Assembly: GCA_037127585.1 (NCBI GenBank)
Contig: JBAXYB010000003.1
Coordinates: forward strand, 3,248 to 67,247
DNA: 64,000 nucleotides
Direction of reading: 5' to 3'
Source of the DNA: Verrucomicrobiota bacterium
Lineage (GTDB): Bacteria; Verrucomicrobiota; Verrucomicrobiia; Palsa-1439
Shown here: one piece after another, positions 46,826-56,554 of the stretch
How the letters are laid out: each line of letters begins with the position of its first letter
How positions within the stretch are numbered: the first letter of the stretch is position 1
Made by a program: the position numbers and the translations under genes
Notes under the pieces: model-generated
Databases searched by the model: none
What the model was told of the DNA's origin: nothing
The model's input: only the letters and a program-made list of their open reading frames with translations

Positions 46826-49303
46826 ATGACACTGACTGAGATTCTGCTGAAGAACGCGCGCGAGTTGCCGGACAAGATCGCGTTGGCGATGCGGGTGGGT
46901 TACCGGACCCAGACGCTGTCGTACCGGGACGTTTATCAACGGGCGGCGGGGATTGCCGGCTTTCTCAAAGAGAATGGGCTGACGAAGGGCGACCGGGTGT
47001 TGGTGCTGGCGCCGAATTCGCCGGACTGGATTTGTTTGTTCTGGGGCGTATTGCTCAACGGCAATGTGATCGTGCCACTGAATCTGCAGAGCACACCGGA
47101 GATGGTCGAACAAATCGCGGCGCAGTCGGGCGCGAAGATTTTCTTCCGGCATCACGGGTACCGCCCTCACCCTAACCCTCTCCCGCAAGCGGGAGAGGGG
47201 ATAAGAGTTGTTGATCTCGATAGTCTTCACGAATTGCGGGCCGATACGTGCGCGGATGTGGGCGCGCAGGAGAACGATCTGGTCGAGATCATGTACACGT
47301 CCGGGACGACGGGGCAACCGAAGGGCGTGATGCTGACGCATGGGAATCTACGCGCCAACGTCGAGGCGGTCGCGGCGGCGATGCCGATGGACGGCGGTGA
47401 TACGTTCTTGTCGATTCTGCCGTTGAGTCATGTGTTCGAGCAGACGATTGGGTTTTTGTATCCGTTTCTTGTCACGGCGAAGATCGTGTACGCACATTCG
47501 CCGGCGGCGATTGCAGAGTTGATTCGCGAACATCGGGTGACAACGATGGCGGGTGTGCCGGAGTTTCTGCGGGTATTGCTCACGAAGATCGAGGATCGTG
47601 CGGCTGCCGCCGGCAAGAAGGCGGCGTTTGACCGGATGATGAAGCTCGGTTCGGCGTTGCCGTTTCGGCCGGTGCGAAAACTATTGTTTGCGCCATTGCA
47701 TCGGCGGTTTGGCGGGAAGTTCCGGCGCGTGGCGTCGGGCGGCGCGCCGTTGGATTCGGAGTTGGAGCACCGGTGGAACGCGATGGGTTTTTTCGTGCTG
47801 CAAGGCTATGGGCTGACGGAGACTTCGCCGGTCATTTCGACGAACACGGAGTTTGCTCACCGATTTCGGTCGGTTGGTAAACTTCTGTCGTGCGTTCAAG
47901 TGCGGATTGCCGGCGACGGCGAGATTCAGGTGCACGGTCCGAGTGTCACGCAGGGCTATTACCGGGAAGCGGAGTTGACGAAGGCAGCGTTCACCGAGGA
48001 CGGCTGGTTCAAGACGGGCGACATCGGCGAGTTGGACAAGGACGGCTTTCTGTTTCTGAAAGGCCGCAAGAAATACATGATCCTCGGGGCGGGCGGGCAG
48101 AACGTTTACCCGGAGGATCTCGAAGCGGCGTTGAACAAGCAGCCCGGGATGAAGGACAGCTGCGTGGTCGGCTGGGAACGACGGCCTGGGCAGGTGGAGA
48201 TTCACGCGGTCTTGCTCGGCGCGGACTTGAAGGCGGAGGCGATTGTCGCGGCGGCGAATGACCGGCTCGCGACATATCAACGCATTGCCGGCTGGTCGGT
48301 TTGGCCGAACGACGATTTCCCGCGGGCGGCGACGCGGAAGGTGAAGAAGGAGGAAGTGTTGACATGGTTGAAGGCGCAAGGGCAGGGGGCCGCCGTGTCG
48401 CCGAAAGCCATTCAGCAGGTCACCCCGCTGGTGCGGCTGTTGGCGAGCATCGCGGACGTGGAGGCGCATGAGATTACGGCGACGACCGATATTTTCCGGG
48501 AACTGCCGTTCGATTCGCTGTTGCGCGTGGAGTTGATTGCCGGCATCGAACAGAACTTCGGCGTGCTGTTGGACGAAGGGACGCTCGGCACGTCGCTGAC
48601 CGTGGCGAAGCTGGACGAGTTGATCAAGAAAGCGCCGGTCACAAAGGCGCAACTCGGTTTTAAGGAATGGCCGGTAGCGGGTTGGGCGAAAGCGATCCGG
48701 TGGGTGGGGCAGAAGTTGATCGTCGCGCCGGTGAATTGGGCGTGCCTGGATTTACGCGTGGAAGGCGTGGAGCATCTGCGCGGGTTACCGGTGCCGGCGG
48801 TGTTTATGGGGAATCACTTGAGCTTTCTCGATTCGCTGGCGTTTCTGATGGCGTTGCCGCCCGAAATTCGGAAGCGCATCGGCTTCGCGGCGGCGCTCGA
48901 TGTGGTGTACCAAGAGTTCCGGCAGTTCGCATTTCTCGCGGATTTATTCTTTAACAGCTTTCCTTTCCCGCGGCGGGAAGGCGAGAATATCAAGGCCGGC
49001 TTGGATAGTATGGGGCGGATGTTGGATCGCGGTTTTTCGGTGATGATTTTTCCGGAAGGCCAGATCAGCGTGACCGGCGAACTGCAGCCGTTGAAACGTG
49101 GGACTGGCTTGGTGGCGGTGGAGATGAAATGCCCGATCGTCCCGGTGCGCATTACCGGCACGCGGGAAGTGTTGCCGCTGGGGAAAGTCTGGCCACGGCG
49201 CGGGCCGGTCACGGTGCGGTTCGGTCCGCCGCTGCGGTTCGGCCGGGACGAGACGTACGAGGGCGCGACCGCCAAGGTTGAGCAGGCGCTGCGGGCCTTG
49301 TAA
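46826..49303 (+). CDS. tri-domain acyl-activating protein: AMP-dependent synthetase/ligase + acyl-carrier-like domain + PlsC-type acyltransferase (Aas-like, permuted order)
   Basis: AMP-binding motif MYTSGTTGQPKGVMLTHGNL. 4'-PP-like helix ELPFDSLLRVELIAGIEQNFGV. Acyltransferase HX4D motif GNHLSFLD and FPEG. Contains the in-frame palindromic insert at 47167-47200. Confidence 0.75.
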   Translation: MTLTEILLKNARELPDKIALAMRVGYRTQTLSYRDVYQRAAGIAGFLKENGLTKGDRVLVLAPNSPDWICLFWGVLLNGNVIVPLNLQSTPEMVEQIAAQSGAKIFFRHHGYRPHPNPLPQAGEGIRVVDLDSLHELRADTCADVGAQENDLVEIMYTSGTTGQPKGVMLTHGNLRANVEAVAAAMPMDGGDTFLSILPLSHVFEQTIGFLYPFLVTAKIVYAHSPAAIAELIREHRVTTMAGVPEFLRVLLTKIEDRAAAAGKKAAFDRMMKLGSALPFRPVRKLLFAPLHRRFGGKFRRVASGGAPLDSELEHRWNAMGFFVLQGYGLTETSPVISTNTEFAHRFRSVGKLLSCVQVRIAGDGEIQVHGPSVTQGYYREAELTKAAFTEDGWFKTGDIGELDKDGFLFLKGRKKYMILGAGGQNVYPEDLEAALNKQPGMKDSCVVGWERRPGQVEIHAVLLGADLKAEAIVAAANDRLATYQRIAGWSVWPNDDFPRAATRKVKKEEVLTWLKAQGQGAAVSPKAIQQVTPLVRLLASIADVEAHEITATTDIFRELPFDSLLRVELIAGIEQNFGVLLDEGTLGTSLTVAKLDELIKKAPVTKAQLGFKEWPVAGWAKAIRWVGQKLIVAPVNWACLDLRVEGVEHLRGLPVPAVFMGNHLSFLDSLAFLMALPPEIRKRIGFAAALDVVYQEFRQFAFLADLFFNSFPFPRREGENIKAGLDSMGRMLDRGFSVMIFPEGQISVTGELQPLKRGTGLVAVEMKCPIVPVRITGTREVLPLGKVWPRRGPVTVRFGPPLRFGRDETYEGATAKVEQALRAL
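47167..47200 (+). repeat. small palindromic repeat element inserted in-frame in the acyl-CoA ligase gene
   Basis: CACCCTAACCCTCTCCCGCAAGCGGGAGAGGGG, with a 10-bp perfect stem CCCTCTCCCG/CGGGAGAGGG. Encodes HPNPLPQAGEG inside the ORF. Confidence 0.6.
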
Positions 49304-49356
49304 GTTCGGCGAAACTATTCGAGCGGGGCCGTGTTTGATAGAGTCAGATGACTTGA

Positions 49357-50780
49357 TGAGCACACTCCAACCATACGTGGGCAAGTGGAATGGGACGCTG
49401 GCGGCGCATCTATTGAATCGGACCGGCTTCGGCCCGTTGCCGGCGGAGATTGAGCGGGCGGTGGCGGCCGGCCTGACGAAGACGGTTGACGGTTTGCTGA
49501 GTCCGGAAAACGAAGGGTCACAGTTTCCCATGCCGGTCATGCCTGAGGTGGCGGAGTTTCCACGCCGGGAGTTGGCGGCGTTGTCGCCCGAGGAGCGTAA
49601 GAAAAAGATGGAGGAAATCCAGCGCGCGAACCGGGAAGGTGTCGAGGCCGTGCGGGCGTGGTGGATTGGGCGGATGTGGCGCAGTCAATGGCCGTTGCGG
49701 GAGAAGCTGGTATTGTTTTGGCACGGGCATTTCACGAGCAGCGTGATGGATGTGAAGGTGCCGCGGTTGATGTTTAACCAGAACGCGTTTTTCCGCAAAA
49801 ATTGTCTCGGTGATTTTCGCACGTTGCTGGTGGGGATCAGTCAGGACCCAGCCATGCTCCGGTATCTGGATAACAACACCAATCGCCGGGAACACCCGAA
49901 CGAGAATTATGCCCGGGAGTTGATGGAGTTGTTTTCGATGGGCATCGGGAATTACACCGAGGACGATGTGAAGGCGGCGGCGCGCGCGTTTACCGGTTGG
50001 ACGTCGGAAGGCGAGGACTTTGTCTTTAACGAGCGGGCGCATGACGGCAATGTGAAGACGTTCTTGAATGAGACGGGTCGGTTCGACGGCACGGACATCA
50101 TCGACATCATTTTGTTGCAACCGTGCACCGCCCGGTTCATGGCGACCAAATTGCTGAATTATTTTGTGACGGATCATCCCGCCCCGGCGGCGGTCGAGGC
50201 AGTGGCGGCGATGTTGCGAAGTAATGGGTATCAGTTCAAGCCGGTGTTGCGCGCGATTTTTACCAGTGACTATTTCTATTCCACCACGGCGTACCGGTCG
50301 CAAATCAAGAGCCCGGCGCAACTGGTGGTCGGCTCGGTCCGGTTGTTGGATATTGCGCTCGATGAGCGGGCGCTGGGGATTGCGATGCGCGGTCTCGGTC
50401 AGGATTTGTTGGCGCCGCCGAATGTGAAGGGGTGGGATGGTGGCGAGACGTGGATCAATACGACAACGTTGTTGATGCGGTATAACTATGCCGGGTTCTT
50501 GCTCAGTGGCGATGTGCCTGACGCGGTCCCGCAGAAGGCGCGCGCGCGGCTGAATCGGTTGGGAAAACCGAAAAACAAACTGGCGCTGTTGTACCCGCCG
50601 GAAGTTGTCGATAACGCCCCCAAGCTGGTGGACGCGCTGATTGCGCGGTTGCTGCAAACCAAACTCGACGCCAAAGCCCGGCAGTGGCTCCTCGAACAAG
50701 CGGAAACCGCGCGGTTGAGCGAGCGGCCGGTTCGCGTCGCGCACCTGATTATGAGCATGCCGGATTATCAACTCTGCTGA
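49357..50780 (+). CDS. DUF1800 domain-containing protein
   Basis: Conserved DUF1800 core (LFWHGHFTSS...). Always paired with DUF1501 in PVC genomes. Confidence 0.75.
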
Positions 50781-50786
50781 GGTACT

Positions 50787-52088
50787 ATGAACGATTCATT
50801 CCACACCCGCCGTGAGTTTTTACGCAAGGGCATTTACTTTGTCGCGGCCAGTGCGACGGCACCGTTCTTCCTGACTCGGACCGCGCTGGCGCTCGATAGT
50901 CTGGCCGCCAATTCGCCCACGCGCGGTCTGCCCGGCGTTGTTGATGACCGGATTCTCGTGGTCATTCAGATGAGCGGCGGCAATGACGGTCTCAACACGA
51001 TCGTGCCGCATGCGATGGATGAGTATTACAAGTTGCGACCAACGCTTGGGGTGGGTAAGAAGTCTTTGTTGAAGTTGGATGACACGGTTGGCTTTCATCC
51101 CGGTCTCGCGAAGGTTAAAGATCTCTACGACTCCGGCAAGGTAGCGGTGATTCACGGCGTCGGTTATCAAAACCCCGACCGGTCGCACTTCCGGTCAATG
51201 GAAATCTGGCATACGGCCGACCCGAAGAGCAAAGCCGTTTCGTACGGCTGGCTCGGCCGGTATCTCGATAGCGCTTGTCCGGGGTGTGACCCGCGCACGA
51301 AGAAAATCAATCCGATGGGCGGGATCAACATCGGCGGCGACATGCCGGTGGCGATGAAGTCCGCGAAAGGCGTGAGCATCGCGTTGGAGAATCCCGATTC
51401 GTTCAAGTGGCAGCCATTGATCGATGAAAAGTCGGATGCGAAGAACGCGTCGGCCACGTATGAAAAACTCAACCACATTGTGGCGAGTAATCTTGATGAT
51501 CCACAGATCGCGCGGTTGGATTTTCTATCGCGCGTCGCAATGAACGCGGATGTGAGTTCCGACAAGATCCATGATATCTCCAAGCGGACGCGTTCGGGCG
51601 GCACGTACCCGGCGACCGGGCTCGGCAACCAACTCAAGATCGTCGCGCAGATGATTACTGGCGGCTTAAACACGCGGATCTATTACGTCGCGTTCAGCGG
51701 GTTCGACACCCACGCCAACGAACCCGGGACGCATGAGCGGCTGCTGGCGGAATTGGCCGATGAGGTGAGCGCGTTTCAGAAAGACTTGGAAGCGCGGGAT
51801 CAGGCCAGTCGCGTGTTGACGATGACGTTCAGTGAGTTCGGCCGGCGCGTCGCGCAAAACGCCAGCAATGGTACCGACCACGGGACCGCCGCACCGATGT
51901 TCATCTTCGGCGACCATCTCAAAGCCGGGGTCTATGGCAAACATCCGAGTCTGACCGATCTTGACCGCGGCGATCTGAAGTTCAACACGGACTTCCGTAG
52001 TGTCTACGCGACTGTGTTGGAAAACTGGCTGGGCGCAAAGAGCGCGCCGATTCTTGGCCAGCAGTTCGAGAAGTTGAAGTTCGTGTAG
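50787..52088 (+). CDS. DUF1501 domain-containing (sulfatase-fold-like) protein with Tat-type signal
   Basis: MNDSFHTRREFLRKGIYFVAASATAPFF Tat-like leader. Conserved ...GFDTHANE... and ...NGTDHGTAAP... motifs. Confidence 0.8.
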   Translation: MNDSFHTRREFLRKGIYFVAASATAPFFLTRTALALDSLAANSPTRGLPGVVDDRILVVIQMSGGNDGLNTIVPHAMDEYYKLRPTLGVGKKSLLKLDDTVGFHPGLAKVKDLYDSGKVAVIHGVGYQNPDRSHFRSMEIWHTADPKSKAVSYGWLGRYLDSACPGCDPRTKKINPMGGINIGGDMPVAMKSAKGVSIALENPDSFKWQPLIDEKSDAKNASATYEKLNHIVASNLDDPQIARLDFLSRVAMNADVSSDKIHDISKRTRSGGTYPATGLGNQLKIVAQMITGGLNTRIYYVAFSGFDTHANEPGTHERLLAELADEVSAFQKDLEARDQASRVLTMTFSEFGRRVAQNASNGTDHGTAAPMFIFGDHLKAGVYGKHPSLTDLDRGDLKFNTDFRSVYATVLENWLGAKSAPILGQQFEKLKFV

Positions 52089-52119
52089 CGCTTGGAAGGT
52101 GGGCGGTGAAGTGAAAGTC

Positions 52120-52190
52120 CTTGTGGGAGCGGCGACCCCGCCGCGATCTTTGCTCGACCCGGTCGCGGCGGGACGCCGCTCCCACAAAGC
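52120..52190. repeat. long near-perfect inverted repeat (stem-loop) downstream of DUF1501 gene; possible terminator/REP
   Basis: CTTGTGGGAGCGGCG...CGCCGCTCCCACAAAG outer 15-bp stem plus inner GC-rich stem ACCCCGCCGCGATC/GGTCGCGGCGGGAC. Confidence 0.5.
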
Positions 52191-52246
52191 CAAATCCGGA
52201 TCCTGGCGTTGTATGCTAGTGGCGGGACGGATATGATGCAGCCACG

Positions 52247-52984
52247 ATGCGTTTTCGATTGCTGACATATAATGTCCACGGTTGCCGCGGCACGGACCGG
52301 CGAGTGTCACCGGCACGCATTGCGACCGTGATCGAGGCGACCGGTGCTGATGTGGTGGCGTTGCAGGAGTTGGACTTCAACCGGGTGCGCTCGGGTCATG
52401 TCGATCAAGCGGCGGCGATTGCCGCGAAACTGTCGATGGAGTTTCATTATCAACCGGCCTGGCATCTGGCCGAAGAAAAGTTGGGTGATGCGATTTTGTC
52501 GCGGTTGCCCATGCGGTTGATGAAGGCGGGAGCCTTACCGTCTTTCTCCCGTTGGAAACGCGAACGCCGCGGTGCGGTCTGGGTGCGACTCGAAAACGGC
52601 GGGCGACCGGTGCATCTGGTCAATACCCACCTCGGTTTGAACCTGCGCGACCGGCTCGCCCAGACGGAAGCGTTGTTCGGACCGGAGTGGTTGGGGAATT
52701 CGCAGTGCGGGCCGCCGCTGGTTTTGTGCGGTGATTTCAATGCCTTACCGGGCTCAGCGGTGCATCGCCGGGTTTTGCAGCAATTGCACGATGTACATGC
52801 CAACACGCTGACCACGCGGCGCCGGCGGCGGACGTTTCCGACTCAGTACCCGGTCGCCTGTTTGGATCATATTTTCCTGAGTGAGAAGGTGACGGTGCAC
52901 CACGTCGAGGTGGTGCGGACGCCGTTGACGCGGATCGCATCGGACCATTATCCATTGCTGGCGGAATTGAGCGTGCCGTTCTAA
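52247..52984 (+). CDS. endonuclease/exonuclease/phosphatase (EEP) family protein
   Basis: MRFRLLTYNVHGCRGTD...VVALQELD N-terminal EEP motifs. C-terminal SDHYPL. Confidence 0.8.
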   Translation: MRFRLLTYNVHGCRGTDRRVSPARIATVIEATGADVVALQELDFNRVRSGHVDQAAAIAAKLSMEFHYQPAWHLAEEKLGDAILSRLPMRLMKAGALPSFSRWKRERRGAVWVRLENGGRPVHLVNTHLGLNLRDRLAQTEALFGPEWLGNSQCGPPLVLCGDFNALPGSAVHRRVLQQLHDVHANTLTTRRRRRTFPTQYPVACLDHIFLSEKVTVHHVEVVRTPLTRIASDHYPLLAELSVPF

Positions 52985-53090
52985 ATCGGAAAGATTCAGT
53001 GTACGTGGAGGGCCACGCTCCGTCGTGGCCTATTCCCAGCGGACGCGAAAGAGCGCGTTCCTTCAAAATGTAACGCGCCGAAGGGTGCAT

Positions 53091-53160
53091 GGTAGGGACG
53101 GCGCGCCGCGCCGTCCGAGTCGTCGGCGGATCACGGCGCTCGCGGCGCGAGCGCCCTATC
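53091..53160. repeat. 70-bp REP-like palindromic repeat element, copy A
   Basis: GGTAGGGACGGCGCGCCGCGCCGTCCGA (28 nt identical to the copy at 63716) + second GC hairpin, ending CCCTATC. Intergenic. Confidence 0.7.
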
Positions 53161-53382
53161 AACCAATCAGTAACTGCATTGTTCCGGCCACGTGCGTGTT
53201 TTGAAATTCGTTTCAGGTGTAGCGGCGGCTGTCTCAGCCGCCGGTTTCGTTCGGCAGTCAAACGCACGGCGCTTGAGACAAACGCCGCTACACCGATTTT
53301 CCAACACGCATCGCGTCAGCATCATCGCCGGCAAAACTAACCAGCGCGAAACTCAACAGGAGAATGAATGCGATTGGAAGCT

Positions 53383-53994
53383 TCATGGGGTTTTCGTTTC
53401 CGGGATGCGCTTAAGTTCGAAGGCGCGTTTCTCCGGAAATGCGCCGGCATCATTGGCGTATTTCTGGAGGAAGGTTTCCCAGTCGGCCGGTTTGGTGGTG
53501 AACAACATCAGGTCGTTGGTCGTGCCGTAATGGGGTAGGGCGAGTTGTTTCTTAGTCAAACCGTCCTCGACCCATTGGTAGTCCAGCGCGATCAATTGCA
53601 GCCGGTTTGTTTCGAGGATCACCTTGCACACACTGTGGACGGGATGTACGGCAGCAAAAGTCCAGTGCTCATTGAGTCGCATATCACCACCGTCTAGGCC
53701 GGCGACGACATCAACGAAAAATGATTTGCCAACAGTGAAAAAGATCAAGTCGAATGGAGCGCCGACGTTCCGCGAGTCGTAGGCCGTTAGTTTGTAATGA
53801 TTGGCATCCCCGGTTTCGATGATCCAAGGACTGATGTTATTGCTCCCGACCGGTTCGCCGTGGTTTTGCAGCAATTGCCAGCGCCCGAGCACGGCGTTCG
53901 GCGCAACCCGCGCTGTGGATGAGTAAAACGGCTCGATCGAGTGGATGACGCAACCGGTAAGAATGACGGCCAAGAGCGGGATAAAGCGTTTCAT
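53383..53994 (-). CDS. hypothetical lipoprotein
   Basis: MKRFIPLLAVILTGC lipobox. No motif I recognise. Confidence 0.55.
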   Translation of the reverse strand: MKRFIPLLAVILTGCVIHSIEPFYSSTARVAPNAVLGRWQLLQNHGEPVGSNNISPWIIETGDANHYKLTAYDSRNVGAPFDLIFFTVGKSFFVDVVAGLDGGDMRLNEHWTFAAVHPVHSVCKVILETNRLQLIALDYQWVEDGLTKKQLALPHYGTTNDLMLFTTKPADWETFLQKYANDAGAFPEKRAFELKRIPETKTP

Positions 53995-54115
53995 AGGTGC
54001 TCCCTCGTTTCTGTTGTTGGAAGTGTAGTTCCCCCCGGTTCGCACGCAAGCTCAAAGCCGGGCGGATGGAAATCCTATTGCGTGACCGCGCCTGGTGCCG
54101 CCATAATCTCCCGCT

Positions 54116-54583
54116 ATGTACCGCGACCGCCGCCGATCCCACCGCGCAAGCCAACACCCGGAGACGCGTGAACTTCGGCAACAACTGATCAAAGCGAAAC
54201 GCCGCCGCAGCGACAAGCTGTTGATGCGAATCATCATCTTTGGGCCGTTGTTGTTGTATTTCGCGTTCGAAATGGGACGCAGCTTTCTTTACATGCAAAG
54301 CGTCCGGTCGTTTGCCGCCTCGATTGACCAGTTGCCACCGGCCGAAGTGAAAGCCAAGGTCAAACGGTACGCGATCGAGCTCGATAGCCGGAATCCGCTC
54401 ATTCGCAATGGCGCAATTGCTGCGCTCAAAATCGCGACCGGCTGGAATGTTGGCTCGGAGGCCGCGGAGTGGAAAGCGCGCTGGGTCATGGAAGAACCGT
54501 ATTGGGAATACCGGTCGCGGCCAGCGATGAATGTACCGGCAGGCCCGGAAGTGGATTGGCGGAAGGATTTGCCGAAGCCATGA
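54116..54583 (+). CDS. hypothetical membrane protein
   Basis: Basic N-terminus, one TM (MRIIIFGPLLLYFAFEMG), soluble domain. Stop overlaps the next start (ATGA). Confidence 0.4.
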   Translation: MYRDRRRSHRASQHPETRELRQQLIKAKRRRSDKLLMRIIIFGPLLLYFAFEMGRSFLYMQSVRSFAASIDQLPPAEVKAKVKRYAIELDSRNPLIRNGAIAALKIATGWNVGSEAAEWKARWVMEEPYWEYRSRPAMNVPAGPEVDWRKDLPKP

Positions 54584-54774
54584 AGTTGTTTCACTGGGGT
54601 TTGATGCTGCGATACATGGTGTATGGCGTGTTGCCGCTGTTGTTGCTGTTCGCGGCGTTTCAACGCTTCGGCGGCGGCGATGTCGGTGTTTTCATCGTGG
54701 TTTTGGCGGCGCTGCTGCCGTTCATCGCGATTGGCTGGCTCGGCTATCAACATTACCGGCACCGCGGGAAATGA
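54580..54774 (+). CDS. small 2-TM membrane protein (64 aa)
   Basis: MKLFHWGLMLRYMVYGVLPLLLLFAAF...VFIVVLAALLPFIAIGWLGY. Translationally coupled to the upstream ORF. Confidence 0.4.
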   Translation: MKLFHWGLMLRYMVYGVLPLLLLFAAFQRFGGGDVGVFIVVLAALLPFIAIGWLGYQHYRHRGK

Positions 54775-54845
54775 CGCGGTATTTTGGGCTTGTCGGCGCA
54801 ATAGTTTGAGCGCAATCTAATCCTGTTGGTTCACCCCGGTCGGAG

Positions 54846-55439
54846 GTGTTTATGGCGGTTGTTACAAAGCCTGACACTGGATCGCGCAGTCTGGAAGCGG
54901 TCCTTGAAGTTCTGCATGCCGAAGCTGAACACAAAGCTTCCCTGCGGATGTTTTTCGCAGCGGCTGAGCACTGTCGGAATTATCACGGCGCATTTGCCGC
55001 TGAGACCGAGACCGCGCGGGCGCGCCTGGCGGCGGAATATGAAAAGCTCGGGGTGATCGCCGAACAGGAACGCAAGGAGCTCGGCGTGACATTTGCCCCG
55101 CACCCCGTTGTGCACTTGCCGGCGAACTGGCATTGTCCTGCTTGTCACACGAGCTTCCCGGCCGCGCTGGTCGTCTGCGGTAAATGCGGGTTCGACCTGC
55201 GGACCGGTAAAGCTTACCAAGCAGAGACCAAGCCTCCGCGGCGGGAGTGGATTGGGAATACGAAAGTTACCGCTTCGCCGCACCTCGGTCGCGCCAAACG
55301 GCGGGAGGATCATAGCTTGGTGTGGGTCATTGGCGGGACCGCAGTCGGGGTGCTCGTGTTGCTGGTGGTGCTCGCCATTTGCAAACAGCATCTCTCGGCG
55401 GAGCATGTTCCCGCCTTGCGCTCGGATGTTCAGCGGTGA
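54846..55439 (+). CDS. hypothetical zinc-ribbon protein with C-terminal TM anchor
   Basis: CPACHT...CGKCG four-Cys ribbon. C-terminal TM WVIGGTAVGVLVLLVVLAIC. Confidence 0.45.
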   Translation: MFMAVVTKPDTGSRSLEAVLEVLHAEAEHKASLRMFFAAAEHCRNYHGAFAAETETARARLAAEYEKLGVIAEQERKELGVTFAPHPVVHLPANWHCPACHTSFPAALVVCGKCGFDLRTGKAYQAETKPPRREWIGNTKVTASPHLGRAKRREDHSLVWVIGGTAVGVLVLLVVLAICKQHLSAEHVPALRSDVQR

Positions 55440-55508
55440 GGGGAATGCACGCTTGACCCACCGGAAAGCGCGTGTTACCAAAACTGCGGAGAGCGTTTCG
55501 ACGAATTC

Positions 55509-55991
55509 ATGCGATGCCCAAAATGCGGGGAACAAGACGACAAGGTTATTGACTCGCGCAGCAGTAGCGATGGGGCGCAGATTCGTCGACGGCGGGAATG
55601 TCTCGATTGCGGCACGCGGTTCACCACGTACGAAGCGGTGTTTCACGAGCCGATGCGGGTCAAGAAACGGACCGGCGATTATCAGGAGTTTGAGCGCCGC
55701 AAACTCCGCAATGGCATCGACCGCGCCTGCGAGAAACGCCCGGTCAGCACCGAACAGATCGAAGCCAGTGTCGAACGGATCATGACGGAACTTGAAAATG
55801 AATATGGCCGCGAAGTGACTTCGGAACAGATCGGGGAACGCGTGATGCGCCACCTCCGGAAGCTGGACGAAGTTGCCTATGTCCGTTTTGCCTCGGTGTA
55901 CCGGCAGTTCCATGATGCCGAACAGTTCATCCACGAAATTCAGCGCATGGTCAAACGGCCCGCGAAACCGACCCGAGGCAAGGAGCGATGA
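55509..55991 (+). CDS. nrdR: transcriptional repressor NrdR
   Basis: MRCPKCGEQDDKVIDSR...CLDCGTRFTTYE zinc ribbon + ATP-cone. Canonical NrdR. Confidence 0.9.
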   Translation: MRCPKCGEQDDKVIDSRSSSDGAQIRRRRECLDCGTRFTTYEAVFHEPMRVKKRTGDYQEFERRKLRNGIDRACEKRPVSTEQIEASVERIMTELENEYGREVTSEQIGERVMRHLRKLDEVAYVRFASVYRQFHDAEQFIHEIQRMVKRPAKPTRGKER

Positions 55992-56554
55992 TTCAACTCC
56001 GCGAAGAAATCGCCTGGGTGCGCGACAGTCAGGACCGGCTCACGCCGTTCGATGTCGCCCGGCTGGCCGCATCGATTCATGGCGCTGTGGCGGTGGCAGG
56101 TGCCGCGGAACATCTGCTGGCGGAATCTGTGGCGTCGGCGATTCATCTCTACACGCGCGATGTGTGTCAGCGCCAAACCATCGCGGCGGTTGAGATTGCC
56201 GAGCTGGTCAATGCCGTACTGACGATGCTGGGACTCGAAGAAATCGCGCGCGCTTACGAACAACGCCGGCAATGGACTGAAATTCGCCTCGATCAACTCA
56301 GTGCCACGGCCGACTTCGAACTCGGCTTTTACCGGCGGCTCAACTCCGAGCTCAATGCCGTTGTGGACGATGAACTCGAATTGGTTCAACTTCGCGGCCT
56401 CCGTGCCTGTGTGATGCAACTGCAAGGCGCGCGCCGGTGGGGCGAGAGCTGTCGCGCGTTGGCGGATGACATTGTTGGTTTCGTGCGCGACCGGGTCCGA
56501 CAAGTCCGCCGGGCGAGCTCCACCGCGTTGTGCGTGGAAGTGCTGGAGTCATAA
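55988..56554 (+). CDS. hypothetical protein coupled to nrdR
   Basis: 188-aa helical ORF. Overlaps the nrdR stop (ATGA) and the HIT start (TAATG). Confidence 0.45.
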   Translation: MIQLREEIAWVRDSQDRLTPFDVARLAASIHGAVAVAGAAEHLLAESVASAIHLYTRDVCQRQTIAAVEIAELVNAVLTMLGLEEIARAYEQRRQWTEIRLDQLSATADFELGFYRRLNSELNAVVDDELELVQLRGLRACVMQLQGARRWGESCRALADDIVGFVRDRVRQVRRASSTALCVEVLES

